Notes under the pieces: generated by a model
Databases searched by the model: none
Seen by the model: only the letters and a program-made list of their open reading frames with translations
What the model was told of the DNA's origin: nothing
Position numbers and translations under genes: made by a program
In this document: piece after piece, positions 29,481 to 38,320 of the stretch
Layout of the letters: every line of letters starts with the position of its first letter
Numbering within the stretch: the stretch's first letter is position 1
Origin: Clostridia bacterium
Lineage (GTDB): Bacteria; Bacillota; Clostridia; Oscillospirales; QAKW01
Direction of reading: 5' to 3'
NCBI GenBank assembly: GCA_017560905.1
Contig: JAFZEA010000008.1
Span: 1-60,489 of the forward strand
Length of the DNA: 60,489 nucleotides

Positions 29481-29723
29481 TTATTTCAATAATAATTCTT
29501 CCAAAGTCACATCAAATACTTTGACAAAAGCGATAATTTCAATATCCGTTACAAATCGTTTACCGCACTCGATGCGTTGAATGGCATTTTTATCAATGTC
29601 GATGCCCACCAACTGCATTTGATTTGCGAGCACTCTTTGGGAAATACCGACATTGGTACGCAAACGAGCGATATTTTTCCCACATACATTGTTGCGCCCA
29701 TCTTTTGTTTTGTTAATAAACAT
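29481..29723 (-). CDS. XRE-family HTH transcriptional regulator
   Basis: GKNIARLRTNVGISQRVLA...IDKNAIQRIECGKRFVTD; GAGGGAG RBS before ATG 29723. Confidence 0.88.
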   Translation of the reverse strand: MFINKTKDGRNNVCGKNIARLRTNVGISQRVLANQMQLVGIDIDKNAIQRIECGKRFVTDIEIIAFVKVFDVTLEELLLK

Positions 29724-29827
29724 AAAACTCCCTCTTTTTGACATTCAGTGCTTGTCTTTAAAGAAATTATATGTTATAATCGCAAAAGATATGACATTCA
29801 CCAAATGTCAAATAAGAGAGAAGAATT

Positions 29828-29989
29828 ATGAAACCAAAATACAAGGATATGTATCTGAAATTAATGCACGCTACGGAGGACGCCATCAATCTGTTGATCT
29901 CTGCACAGCAAGAATGCGAAGAGATCTACCTTGAAGATCCTTCTGCCGACATACCGAAAATTATTGATGCAAACGATTTCAAAAAATAA
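29828..29989 (+). CDS. Small helical hypothetical protein (53 aa) divergent from the HTH gene
   Basis: Below ORF-track cutoff: MKPKYKDMYLKLMHATEDAINLLISAQQECEEIYLEDPSADIPKIIDANDFKK; TTGTCT-17-TATAAT promoter at about 29752-29780 and downstream terminator. Confidence 0.7.
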   Translation: MKPKYKDMYLKLMHATEDAINLLISAQQECEEIYLEDPSADIPKIIDANDFKK

Positions 29990-30037
29990 ATACAACATTA
30001 AAGCAGGCATTTGTCCGTTTGAACAAATGCCTGCTTT
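29970..30037 (+). repeat. Direct repeat copy 2
   Basis: CAAACGATTTCAAAAAATAAATACAACATTAAAGCAGGCATTTGTCCGTTTGAACAAATGCCTGCTTT. Confidence 0.9.
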
Positions 30038-30057
30038 AATGTTTTGAGTGCGGGTCT

Positions 30058-31749
30058 TTATTTTGAAACTTTCAGAAATTGTGAAATATCTGCACCGTAG
30101 TCCACCGTCAGTCGAGGCACTCTTGTCAGATCCAGACAGTCCATATCCAGTGCCTTCCAATCAGTGGTCATCTGCATCACCACATCGTACTCACCTGCTA
30201 TCTTGCAAGTAATATCATTATATCGACCGTAGGGATACGCCAAAATTCGACGATCTTTTTTGAGATTCTTCTCCAAGACGGCATAGGAATCAGCGAAATA
30301 ACTGTGCAGTTGCTTTGTCGACAGTTGCGTATGATCGTCATGCCGCCAGGAATGAGCCTGAATATCCACCAGTCCGCTGTTTTCCATCTCCTGCATCTGC
30401 GCCCAGGTCATACTATTCTCAGACACACCCATAGTGGATACACTGACAAAAATGGTGGCATGTATACCGTATTTCTTTAAAATAGGGAATACCTTAGTAT
30501 AATTACTGAGGTAGCCGTCATCCATTGTGAGAATGACGCTTTTTTCCGGCAGAGCACGCATACCGTTTTGATAATCAATCAGCGCATTTAGGGGGATTAT
30601 GGTATAACCGCTTTGCAAAATATTCTGAATGTCTTTTTTAAATTTGGCGGGAGTGGTAATTACTCCGTAGGACCTTTTCGGCGGAGCGTTATCTGTAAAC
30701 TCGTGATAAAGAAAAATACGGCTGTCCAACGTTTTTTGCCCCTTATAATAGAGCGGTGTGCCGTCAGGCGCATTTTGAAACAGTTGGGCCAAGTAAGCTG
30801 ATTTTTTATATACAGTCGTACCTTGACACTGCACTGTTACCTGCATAGAGGCGGTCAACGTCAGTCCCATATTGTTATAATCAGATGCGTACAGTTTGGC
30901 CGCATTTCCTGTGTATTCCTCAGAATAAGCGCAATCGGAAAACGTCCGACTTTCGGTGGCAACTGTCTGATCTTTTATCTTATAACTGACAGATACCGTG
31001 ATCTTTTCTTGCTGTGGCAGTCCTGCCAGACGAAAATGCAGTTTTTGGTTGTCCAGTCTTGCACCTTGCAAGCTGATGCCATACGGGTTGGACGAGCTCT
31101 TACGGTATTGAGCCATAGATATCCCCCGTACCCATTCATCATAATTCATCATCACCTGTGCCAACTGGGCACGGGTAGCACTTTTTTGAGGCGAAATATG
31201 CAGTGCGTCAGTTCCGTTGATCACACAGTTATTCAGACACCAAGCCACCGCTTTGCGTGCATATTTTCCAGCAGTCCCTCTGTCGGCAAACGAAGCGGGC
31301 ATCTTTGTATGATCGTTGTCTTCTCCGACCATTTTTGCATATCGGTACAGCATAACCATCATATCCTGTCTGGTAAGTGCATCCTCCGCACCGAAAGTAT
31401 CGTTGCCGTAACCGGTCACAATTCCTTTGCGATAGCAGTATTCCACAGCATCAAAATACCATTTTCCCTTGATGTTATCCGCAAAGGATGAAGTGGCATA
31501 TTTTTCGCCGTCACCCGCCAACCGATACAACACCGTAGCCAATGTTCCTCGTGTCAAGACTGTTTGCGGTGCAAACCGACCGCCGCCGACACCCTGCATA
31601 TATCCTTGCTCTTGGGCATAGGTTACGGCTTGGCCGTACCAAGCGGTCGATTTTACGTCAGAATAACCTGCGGCATACCCCGACATTTGCGAAAAAATTA
31701 ATATAACAGTCATAAGACAACAGACTGCAACTTCCGTAATTTTACGCAT
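30058..31749 (-). CDS. SLH-domain protein with C-terminal polysaccharide deacetylase (CE4, IcaB/PgaB-like)
   Basis: Signal peptide, three SLH repeats (LTRGTLA, LTRQDMM, ATRAQLA), LTMDDGY, HSWRH, AYPYG. Confidence 0.9.
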   Translation of the reverse strand: MRKITEVAVCCLMTVILIFSQMSGYAAGYSDVKSTAWYGQAVTYAQEQGYMQGVGGGRFAPQTVLTRGTLATVLYRLAGDGEKYATSSFADNIKGKWYFDAVEYCYRKGIVTGYGNDTFGAEDALTRQDMMVMLYRYAKMVGEDNDHTKMPASFADRGTAGKYARKAVAWCLNNCVINGTDALHISPQKSATRAQLAQVMMNYDEWVRGISMAQYRKSSSNPYGISLQGARLDNQKLHFRLAGLPQQEKITVSVSYKIKDQTVATESRTFSDCAYSEEYTGNAAKLYASDYNNMGLTLTASMQVTVQCQGTTVYKKSAYLAQLFQNAPDGTPLYYKGQKTLDSRIFLYHEFTDNAPPKRSYGVITTPAKFKKDIQNILQSGYTIIPLNALIDYQNGMRALPEKSVILTMDDGYLSNYTKVFPILKKYGIHATIFVSVSTMGVSENSMTWAQMQEMENSGLVDIQAHSWRHDDHTQLSTKQLHSYFADSYAVLEKNLKKDRRILAYPYGRYNDITCKIAGEYDVVMQMTTDWKALDMDCLDLTRVPRLTVDYGADISQFLKVSK

Positions 31750-31797
31750 TGCTTAACTCCTTGACAGAAAAAAGGGTGTTTTAGCACCCGTTTTTCG

Positions 31798-33240
31798 TTA
31801 TTTTAATTTGTCATAATTTTTAAGAAATTCTCTGAAGTGACCCTCGATGATTGCCACGCCGCCTGCCACGTCACTCTCTATGTTGACAGGCAGTACAGGG
31901 TCGTGTACCGACAGACGCATCAGAATCCAGCCCTCGCCGATCACGGCACGCACACCCTCATAAGAAGGTGTTTCGATTTGACCGAATTTTGCAATGTACG
32001 CCTCAAAGTCTTCCAGCACCTTCTGCCCGTAAGTGCGGAAATCCGGTTCGGTGATATTCAGTCGGATCTCCTTGGTTTCCATCGGCTCTTTGAGGTCAGC
32101 GATCAGATCGCTCAGTTCTTTGCCCTGCGCGGCCAACTGCGCCGCTTTGCAAAGTAACTTGACCACCAGATAGGCACCGTCATCCAGATAATAATTTTCT
32201 TTGAGTGCAGCGTGTCCGCTGGTTTCAATGGCAAGAGGTGCTGAAATGCCCTCGGCTTCCAGACGCTTGGCCTCGTCAATTACATTTTTGTATCCGCGTT
32301 TAAAACGGTGATGATGTCCGCCTTTGGCTTCAATAAACAGCTTAAGTCCTGCACTGGTAACAGAATCGGTCACCACGGTACTGCCGGGGATCTCCTCCAA
32401 TACCACTGCGGAGATCAGTGCGATCAAGGTGCTGGAATTGATGGCCTTACCGTTTTTGTCCACGATGGCGGCACGGTCACAATCGGTATCAAAGCAAATA
32501 CCGAGCGTTGCGCCTGCGGCGACGGTGGCATCAGCAGTTGCCTGCATAGCGGCGGCATTTTCGGGGTTGGGAATATGAGCAGGAAAGGTGCCGTCGGGCG
32601 TCAGATTGACCGAACCCGTCGTATCTGCACCTAAGGGGCGCAGTACCTTTTCTTCAAAAAAGCCACCCATACCGTTGCCTGCATTGACAATGATCTTCTG
32701 TCCTGCAAAAGGTCTTTGTTTGCCCGTGCGGCGGCAAATGAGCTGACAGAGTTCTTCGGAATAGGGGGTGAGAATGTCAAAAGGCTCTACCGCCCCGCTT
32801 TGTTGCGCTTTATAGGGAGTTTCGGCGTGAGAGAGGATCCACTCAATATCCTTGCCCTCCAGACCCCCTTCTTTGGTAAAGAATTTCAGTCCGTTTCTTT
32901 CGGGAGGCAGGTGAGAGGCGGTGATCTCAATGGCGCCGTCACAGTCAGAACCCTCAAATCTTGTGGCGAAAAACATACTCGGTGTGGTGGCATTGCCGCA
33001 GTCCAGTACTTTGATACCTGCTTGGCTCAGGCCTGCCACGGCGGCGGCCGCCAATGCAGGAGAGCTGATACGGGGGTCGTGACCCACCGCCACGCACAGC
33101 GATCTGTCGGGATACTTTTCTTTTAAAAATTCGGCAAAGGCTGCCGCGCAGTCCCCTGCGATCTCGTTGGTCAATGTGATGTTGTCGCCCAGTGCCACAC
33201 CGCGGATGTCGGTGCCGCTTTTAAGATGTTTATATTTCAT
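31798..33240 (-). CDS. Phosphomannomutase/phosphoglucomutase
   Basis: SGTDIRG, ITASHLP, FDTDCDR, IETSGH. Confidence 0.93.
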   Translation of the reverse strand: MKYKHLKSGTDIRGVALGDNITLTNEIAGDCAAAFAEFLKEKYPDRSLCVAVGHDPRISSPALAAAAVAGLSQAGIKVLDCGNATTPSMFFATRFEGSDCDGAIEITASHLPPERNGLKFFTKEGGLEGKDIEWILSHAETPYKAQQSGAVEPFDILTPYSEELCQLICRRTGKQRPFAGQKIIVNAGNGMGGFFEEKVLRPLGADTTGSVNLTPDGTFPAHIPNPENAAAMQATADATVAAGATLGICFDTDCDRAAIVDKNGKAINSSTLIALISAVVLEEIPGSTVVTDSVTSAGLKLFIEAKGGHHHRFKRGYKNVIDEAKRLEAEGISAPLAIETSGHAALKENYYLDDGAYLVVKLLCKAAQLAAQGKELSDLIADLKEPMETKEIRLNITEPDFRTYGQKVLEDFEAYIAKFGQIETPSYEGVRAVIGEGWILMRLSVHDPVLPVNIESDVAGGVAIIEGHFREFLKNYDKLK

Positions 33241-33243
33241 ACG

Positions 33244-34104
33244 TTACTCCTTTATTGCAGTGATCATACGGTCATTCTGTCCCAGGTCCTTATGGGTGGC
33301 AATGTCCTTAAAGGGATACTCCTTCAACAGCTCTGCCACATCTTTTGTAGTATCATAGCCGGCTTCCATTACCAGTCGACCGCCGCTTTTGAGCGGGGTT
33401 TGCCAACCGCTTGCGATCGCTCGGTAGAAGGTCAGCCCGTCCACGCCGCCGTCCAATGCCAGCGCAGGCTCTGCCTGCACCTCGGGTGACAACGCTGCCA
33501 TATCACGGCTCTTGATATAGGGAGGATTGGACAAGATCATATCAAACATATTGTCGGGGAAATAATTGGTGCCCTCCAGCAGTACATCGCCCTGCACGAT
33601 ATGGCAACGCTCCGTCAATCGGTGAAGCTCAGCATTTCGTCGGGTGGCGTCAATGGCGGTAGCGGATACATCAAACAGGGTCACATCAAGATCCGGTACC
33701 AGCTTTGCCAGCGTGAGTCCTATGCAGCCGCTGCCACAGCACAAATCCAATATACGGGGCTTGTCCATTTCTTTAAGGATAGGCAGTGCGTAATCCACAA
33801 GTGTTTCGGTATCTCCACGGGGGATCAATACTCCGGGAAGAGTGATAAACTCCAGCCCGTAAAACTCCCACTTGCCGATCAGATATTGAAGCGGCGCTCC
33901 GTTGACACGCTTGCTGACATCCATCATAAAGCGGTCAATAGCCTCCGGCTCTACTTCTCGCTCCACGCCCAGCAGTATCTCCCCACGGGTGACGGGAATA
34001 TGCGCATTGAGCAGATAAAAGGCCTCGTCACGGGGAGAGGGTATATTCTTTTCGGTGAAGATGATCTCAGCATTCTTGAGAATCTGTTTGAGTTGTACTT
34101 TCAT
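33244..34104 (-). CDS. prmC: Release factor glutamine methyltransferase
   Basis: PLQYLIG, VLIPR.DTE, LDLCCGSGCI, SNPPY, ALDGG.DGL.FY. Confidence 0.95.
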   Translation of the reverse strand: MKVQLKQILKNAEIIFTEKNIPSPRDEAFYLLNAHIPVTRGEILLGVEREVEPEAIDRFMMDVSKRVNGAPLQYLIGKWEFYGLEFITLPGVLIPRGDTETLVDYALPILKEMDKPRILDLCCGSGCIGLTLAKLVPDLDVTLFDVSATAIDATRRNAELHRLTERCHIVQGDVLLEGTNYFPDNMFDMILSNPPYIKSRDMAALSPEVQAEPALALDGGVDGLTFYRAIASGWQTPLKSGGRLVMEAGYDTTKDVAELLKEYPFKDIATHKDLGQNDRMITAIKE

Positions 34105-35110
34105 CGTTTTTTTCCTTCAATTTATAGCTTTCCTCTGTCAGGATCAGATCCTGATCCAAGGGATACTCCTTGAGTACACCGTTCAGTGCGGCAATGGCAA
34201 TCTCCAGCTGACTCTTGTCGGGCTCCTTGGTGGTCAGTCTTTGGAACCACATACCGGGAGCAGACAGAATACGGGTCAAAACGTTGTCATATTTTCCCGC
34301 CAGACGGATACATTCATAAGCCAGTCCCATCATCACCGGCAGCAGACAAATGCGAAGTCCTGCCCTCAGCCATACATTACCCGTGGTAATGAGTGTGGAA
34401 ATGACGATGCTGACCAACAGTGTCAAAAACAAAAAGCTGGTGCCGCAACGGGGATGAAAACGCTTGAACTTCGCCGCGTTTTCGGGGGTAAGTTCCTGTC
34501 CCTTTTCGTGGCAGAAAATACTCTTATGCTCTGCGCCGTGATACTGAAAGACTCTCTTGATGTCCTTCATCTGGGAAATGAGCAACAGATAGCAAAGAAA
34601 TACCACCATCTTGATCACACCCTCACCCAGTGAGGTAATGAGCTGTTGCCACCCGTCACTCAGTTGCGCATAAGCGGGAACCATTCCTGTCACAAAAGAA
34701 ACGATGAGTGTAGGCAGCCCTAAAAACAGACCGATGCCCATCACCGCGCCGATTACCATAGCCAACACACCCAAAACGGCCAGTCCCGTTTTTCCGAAAA
34801 CTTTGGAAAGAAATTTTTCCATCTTGGTTTCCGGCGGTGTTTCCTCCTCGATCTCCTCCATGGCCACGTCGGCGGCATACATCATCGAACTGTAGCTGAG
34901 TTTCATAGAGGCCACAAAGTTCACAAGTCCTCTGATAATGGGAATTTTGGCGATGATCTTATTGGGCTGTTTGTTTTTGCTGACTTTTAAAACAATGTCG
35001 CCCCGCTCACGACGTACAGCGATCGCCGTCTTTTCGGGGGAGCGCATCATCACGCCCTCGATCAGCGCACTGCCGCCGATGGCGGTATAACAGGTTTTTT
35101 CTTTTTTCAT
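34067..35110 (-). CDS. DUF1385 domain membrane protein
   Basis: IGGSALIEGVMM, FQYHGAEHK, HPRCGTSF, LTTKEP; usual neighbour of prmC. Confidence 0.92.
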   Translation of the reverse strand: MKKEKTCYTAIGGSALIEGVMMRSPEKTAIAVRRERGDIVLKVSKNKQPNKIIAKIPIIRGLVNFVASMKLSYSSMMYAADVAMEEIEEETPPETKMEKFLSKVFGKTGLAVLGVLAMVIGAVMGIGLFLGLPTLIVSFVTGMVPAYAQLSDGWQQLITSLGEGVIKMVVFLCYLLLISQMKDIKRVFQYHGAEHKSIFCHEKGQELTPENAAKFKRFHPRCGTSFLFLTLLVSIVISTLITTGNVWLRAGLRICLLPVMMGLAYECIRLAGKYDNVLTRILSAPGMWFQRLTTKEPDKSQLEIAIAALNGVLKEYPLDQDLILTEESYKLKEKNDESTTQTDSQEC

Positions 35111-35204
35111 ATTTTTTCACCTTTATATAAAAATGCATATTCACTATATCACATTTTTCCTCTCGTTACAAGAGGAAAATAGCAACACGCAGTTATTGAC
35201 ACAA

Positions 35205-35250
35205 ATAAAAACAAACGGCGGTGCACCTTTCTCACTACAGGTACACCGCC
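35205..35250 (-). terminator. Intrinsic terminator closing the candidate ncRNA
   Basis: Minus strand GGCGGTGTACCT-loop-AGGTGCACCGCC followed by GTTTGTTTTTATTT. Confidence 0.75.
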
Positions 35251-35686
35251 TTCAATGGGTCAGCATAGTCTTTTTAAGTTACCTTTCATTGTAATTGTCC
35301 ATAGTATGTGCTACGGAACTTTGATTTGTTTTCCACCCAATCTTTTATTCTTTTAACACCGTTTCTCTTCCGGTGTTCCCTTATATACCGTTCTTCTTTC
35401 GGTATATTTTCGCTGTATTGGTTACTTTATTGTGGTACTTACTCAGAATATCGGAAGTTTTTCCTAGTTTAAACTGTACATGGGAGTCATCCTCCATAAT
35501 CATTGGCCCTTAGCGAACGTTGGGTAAAAACTTAACTGTGCATTGGACTGATTTCCTTTTCTGAAATTTGTTGTAAAAGTTAAAACTGCTTAAACCTTTG
35601 GACTCACCTCTTTCGATTTTTTGTGTTCTCACCGCCTGTTCTCCTACGAGATCACCGGGCGGTTTTGTGTGATTATCTCTCTTTTC
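35205..35686 (-). ncRNA. Candidate ~480-nt structured non-coding RNA (family unassigned)
   Basis: Lies between a good sigmaA promoter and a terminator; no RBS-supported ORF of meaningful size; several hairpins and nested long-range complementarities. Confidence 0.5.
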
Positions 35687-35692
35687 GCTTTT

Positions 35693-35721
35693 ATTGTAAC
35701 AGATATTTTTTTCACTGTAAA
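35693..35721 (-). promoter_or_regulatory. sigmaA promoter upstream of the candidate ncRNA
   Basis: TTTACA-17 nt-TACAAT with TG extended -10 on the minus strand. Confidence 0.7.
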
Positions 35722-35877
35722 TTCGCAGATTATACAAAATAATTATGTAAACTTTGTGCACACTGACACGATTTTTTGTGGTATAATAAATATGTTGGGT
35801 GTCTGCGCCGAAAATAAGGGAGATATTCGCAAAATGCGAATATCTCCCCTTTTATTTGTGAAAAAGCGCCAAATAGC

Positions 35878-35906
35878 TGTGGATAACTCTGTGGATTTGT
35901 GAAAAA
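35878..35906. promoter_or_regulatory. DnaA-box cluster (one perfect, two degenerate)
   Basis: TGTGGATAA (35878-35886, complement of TTATCCACA), TGTGGATTT, TGTGAAAAA in the same orientation. Confidence 0.5.
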
Positions 35907-35910
35907 GTGC

Positions 35911-36423
35911 CTAATCGAGCTGACTTTTGATCAGATCGTGCGAATGGAAATAAGAGTAGAGTTTTTTGTTAAATCTTATGTCACCTTCTCCGATGCTGAG
36001 TACGGAAAATATGTACCGTTCTCGGTCTTTTATATAGGGTGAACGCTGGGAGGTCACCGAAGAAGTGCCTCTCTCAAATCCGCCCACATAGACCGCCTTA
36101 CCGTCCAGCATCCATACAAACAGATCGTCACCCGTGGTTTTCAGCAAACTGCTGCCGCCGTGCTCCGAAGTTACCACGCTTACCGAAACTGAGGCCTCGG
36201 ATTTGACAGCAAACATTTGTTGCTCCCAGTCTACCCCGGAAAAATCCTCGCCTCGCAGCGCCAATCTGCCCTCTTGCAGTGCCACCTTGCCAATCTCGGC
36301 ATCCGTCATCGTCTGCTCGTTAACACGCTCTGCAGGCAAAATATAAAGCTCCAGCGTCTGCTCCCCCGTACAACCGCCAAGAACAAGCAGACACAGCAAT
36401 AACAACACCCGAAAACGCTTCAT
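35911..36423 (-). CDS. Hypothetical lipoprotein
   Basis: MKRFRVLLLLCLLVLGGC lipobox; GGAGGTG RBS; 4-nt overlap with the upstream gene. Confidence 0.75.
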   Translation of the reverse strand: MKRFRVLLLLCLLVLGGCTGEQTLELYILPAERVNEQTMTDAEIGKVALQEGRLALRGEDFSGVDWEQQMFAVKSEASVSVSVVTSEHGGSSLLKTTGDDLFVWMLDGKAVYVGGFERGTSSVTSQRSPYIKDRERYIFSVLSIGEGDIRFNKKLYSYFHSHDLIKSQLD

Positions 36424-37424
36424 CGGAGTGTCACCTCCAACAGTTGACCCTCAGCTGTCTGGCGGTAGGCAGAGGTCAATGTCTTGTGTCCGTCATCATA
36501 CGTCAGATAAATAATATTACCGTCGGGCAACACGTAGGCTTCTCTGTATTTAGAGGCGTTGCCCTCAAACCAGGCAGGCTCGCCCAGCGCACGGTACACG
36601 TCTTTGGCAGTAGTGCCTTTTTTAAGCGCCGTCACGGAAGACAGCTCCACACGAGGACGGATAAAGTCTGCCGGCTTACTCTGTACGCTCCAGCTTCCCA
36701 GATACTTTCTGGTCACACCCCCTGCCTCCTGCAAAGCGGCACCACGCAGATTGATGCGGTTATAACCGTAGTCAAGCAACATAATACTGCCGTCATCCAA
36801 CACATAACAATCAATAATATAGGAATCCTTCTGATACGTTCTGCCGCGGTAGTAGTTGGGGAAACCAAAGGTGGACAGTATGGTACTGCGATCAAGATAC
36901 AAGCTCAGTCGTCCCTCAAATTCCGACAACTTATATGTGCGATCAGAGAACAATACGATGCCGCCACTGCCGCCCTGTCCTGTGGGAGGTGTGACCGTTT
37001 CACCCGATCCATCCGCAGGAGGCTCTGTTTCGACATCGGACTGACTGCCCCGCAATACGCCCAACTGTGTCAGCTTGTCAAACAGAGAATAACTCAGTCC
37101 CGTTTCAAATTCCGTATACAGTGTATCCTCCAGAATGCCCTTGGCATCGTAGGTCAGCACCACCTGCGAACCGTCGCTGAGCGTATAGGTGTCACTCTCG
37201 CCCAAAACAAAAAAAGGTGTGCCCAGCATCAAAAGATTATTGTCACGCATCGAGCCGCTCGTTACGGAATAAAAATCGGAAAGTTCCAACACGCTCTTGA
37301 TATCCGTGCCGTATCCCGAGCCGCCGCCATCCTCACTGCCGATACGGATTTCCCGATCTTCTGCGGGCTTACAAGCGGAAAGCAACACCAACAATATCAG
37401 CAACAAAGGCAATACTCTTTTCAT
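36420..37424 (-). CDS. Hypothetical lipoprotein with three internal repeats
   Basis: Lipobox LLSAC; three copies of G.P...Y.L.DG....L.Y. Confidence 0.78.
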   Translation of the reverse strand: MKRVLPLLLILLVLLSACKPAEDREIRIGSEDGGGSGYGTDIKSVLELSDFYSVTSGSMRDNNLLMLGTPFFVLGESDTYTLSDGSQVVLTYDAKGILEDTLYTEFETGLSYSLFDKLTQLGVLRGSQSDVETEPPADGSGETVTPPTGQGGSGGIVLFSDRTYKLSEFEGRLSLYLDRSTILSTFGFPNYYRGRTYQKDSYIIDCYVLDDGSIMLLDYGYNRINLRGAALQEAGGVTRKYLGSWSVQSKPADFIRPRVELSSVTALKKGTTAKDVYRALGEPAWFEGNASKYREAYVLPDGNIIYLTYDDGHKTLTSAYRQTAEGQLLEVTLR

Positions 37425-37428
37425 ACTG

Positions 37429-38301
37429 TCACCCCTTTCGTATTTTTTCTATATCTTTTGCGATCTGCGCCTGCAGAGCCGCCTCATTTTCAAACTTTAT
37501 CTCCTCACGAATAAAGCGGACAAATTCTACTCTGGCCGCCGCAATGCTCTCAAAGCTGCCGTCCAATATGTAGGTTTCCACATTGGGCGTTTTGCCATCA
37601 TCAAAGGTAGGCCGACAGCCCACATTGGTAATACCGTCATACGTCTTGCCGCTGACGGTTACCTGCGTCTGATACACACCGAACTTCGGATATACCAATT
37701 CGGCAGGCAACGGCAAATTAATGGTAGGTGTACCCCATTGATGGGCCAGCCCCTTGCCGTGGCGCACGTCATCCTCAATATAATACGGTCTTCCCAGTGA
37801 TGCCGCAGCAGAGCGCATATCGCCCTTAGATATCATTTTGCGGATATTGCCGGAGGAGATTTTTTTCCCTGCTCCATCCAGCACGAAGGAAACCACCAGC
37901 ACGCTCAGATTTCGACGCGCGCCCAGTGTTTTCAACATTTGGGCATCTCCGATGCCGCCCTTACCGAAACGAAAGTCCGTTCCGCAAACCAGACCCCGAA
38001 CACGATATTTGCTCACCAAAAAGTCCACAAATTCTTCCGGGGAAAAGTTACATACGTCTTCAAAGTTCTCCACAGCCACCACGTCGGCACCTGCCTGCCG
38101 CAACAGTTTGATCCGCTCTTTAAGCGGCACCAACAGACCGACCTTACGACCCGTCAGTTTTTCCAGCGGATGATCGCCGAAGGTAAATACGGCAGTACTG
38201 ATATTCAGTTGTTTTGCTCGCTGAGCGGCCGCACCGATCAGTGCGGCATGCCCCAGATGAACACCGTCAAAGGTACCCAACGCCATAACGCATGTATTCA
38301 T
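37429..38301 (-). CDS. ribF: Riboflavin kinase/FAD synthetase
   Basis: ALGTFDGVHLGH, GTDFRFG, ISSGNIR, GTPTIN, NVGCRPTF. Confidence 0.95.
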   Translation of the reverse strand: MNTCVMALGTFDGVHLGHAALIGAAAQRAKQLNISTAVFTFGDHPLEKLTGRKVGLLVPLKERIKLLRQAGADVVAVENFEDVCNFSPEEFVDFLVSKYRVRGLVCGTDFRFGKGGIGDAQMLKTLGARRNLSVLVVSFVLDGAGKKISSGNIRKMISKGDMRSAAASLGRPYYIEDDVRHGKGLAHQWGTPTINLPLPAELVYPKFGVYQTQVTVSGKTYDGITNVGCRPTFDDGKTPNVETYILDGSFESIAAARVEFVRFIREEIKFENEAALQAQIAKDIEKIRKG

Positions 38302-38320
38302 ACCGTACTCCCGTAATTGA

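Noticed and set aside
35205-35686. Assignment of the candidate RNA as RNase P, tmRNA, 6S, SRP or a riboswitch leader
   Set aside because: No GAGGAAAGUCC/CGGCUUA P4 pair, no GGGG..CCACCA tRNA-like ends, too long for 6S or SRP, and no T-box or aptamer consensus seen.
35510-35902. ORF-track calls 35510-35761 (-) and 35621-35902 (+)
   Set aside because: They cross promoters and hairpins, lack an RBS and have no protein-like motifs.
35878-35906. Chromosomal origin oriC
   Set aside because: Only one perfect DnaA box and no dnaA, dnaN or rpmH context.
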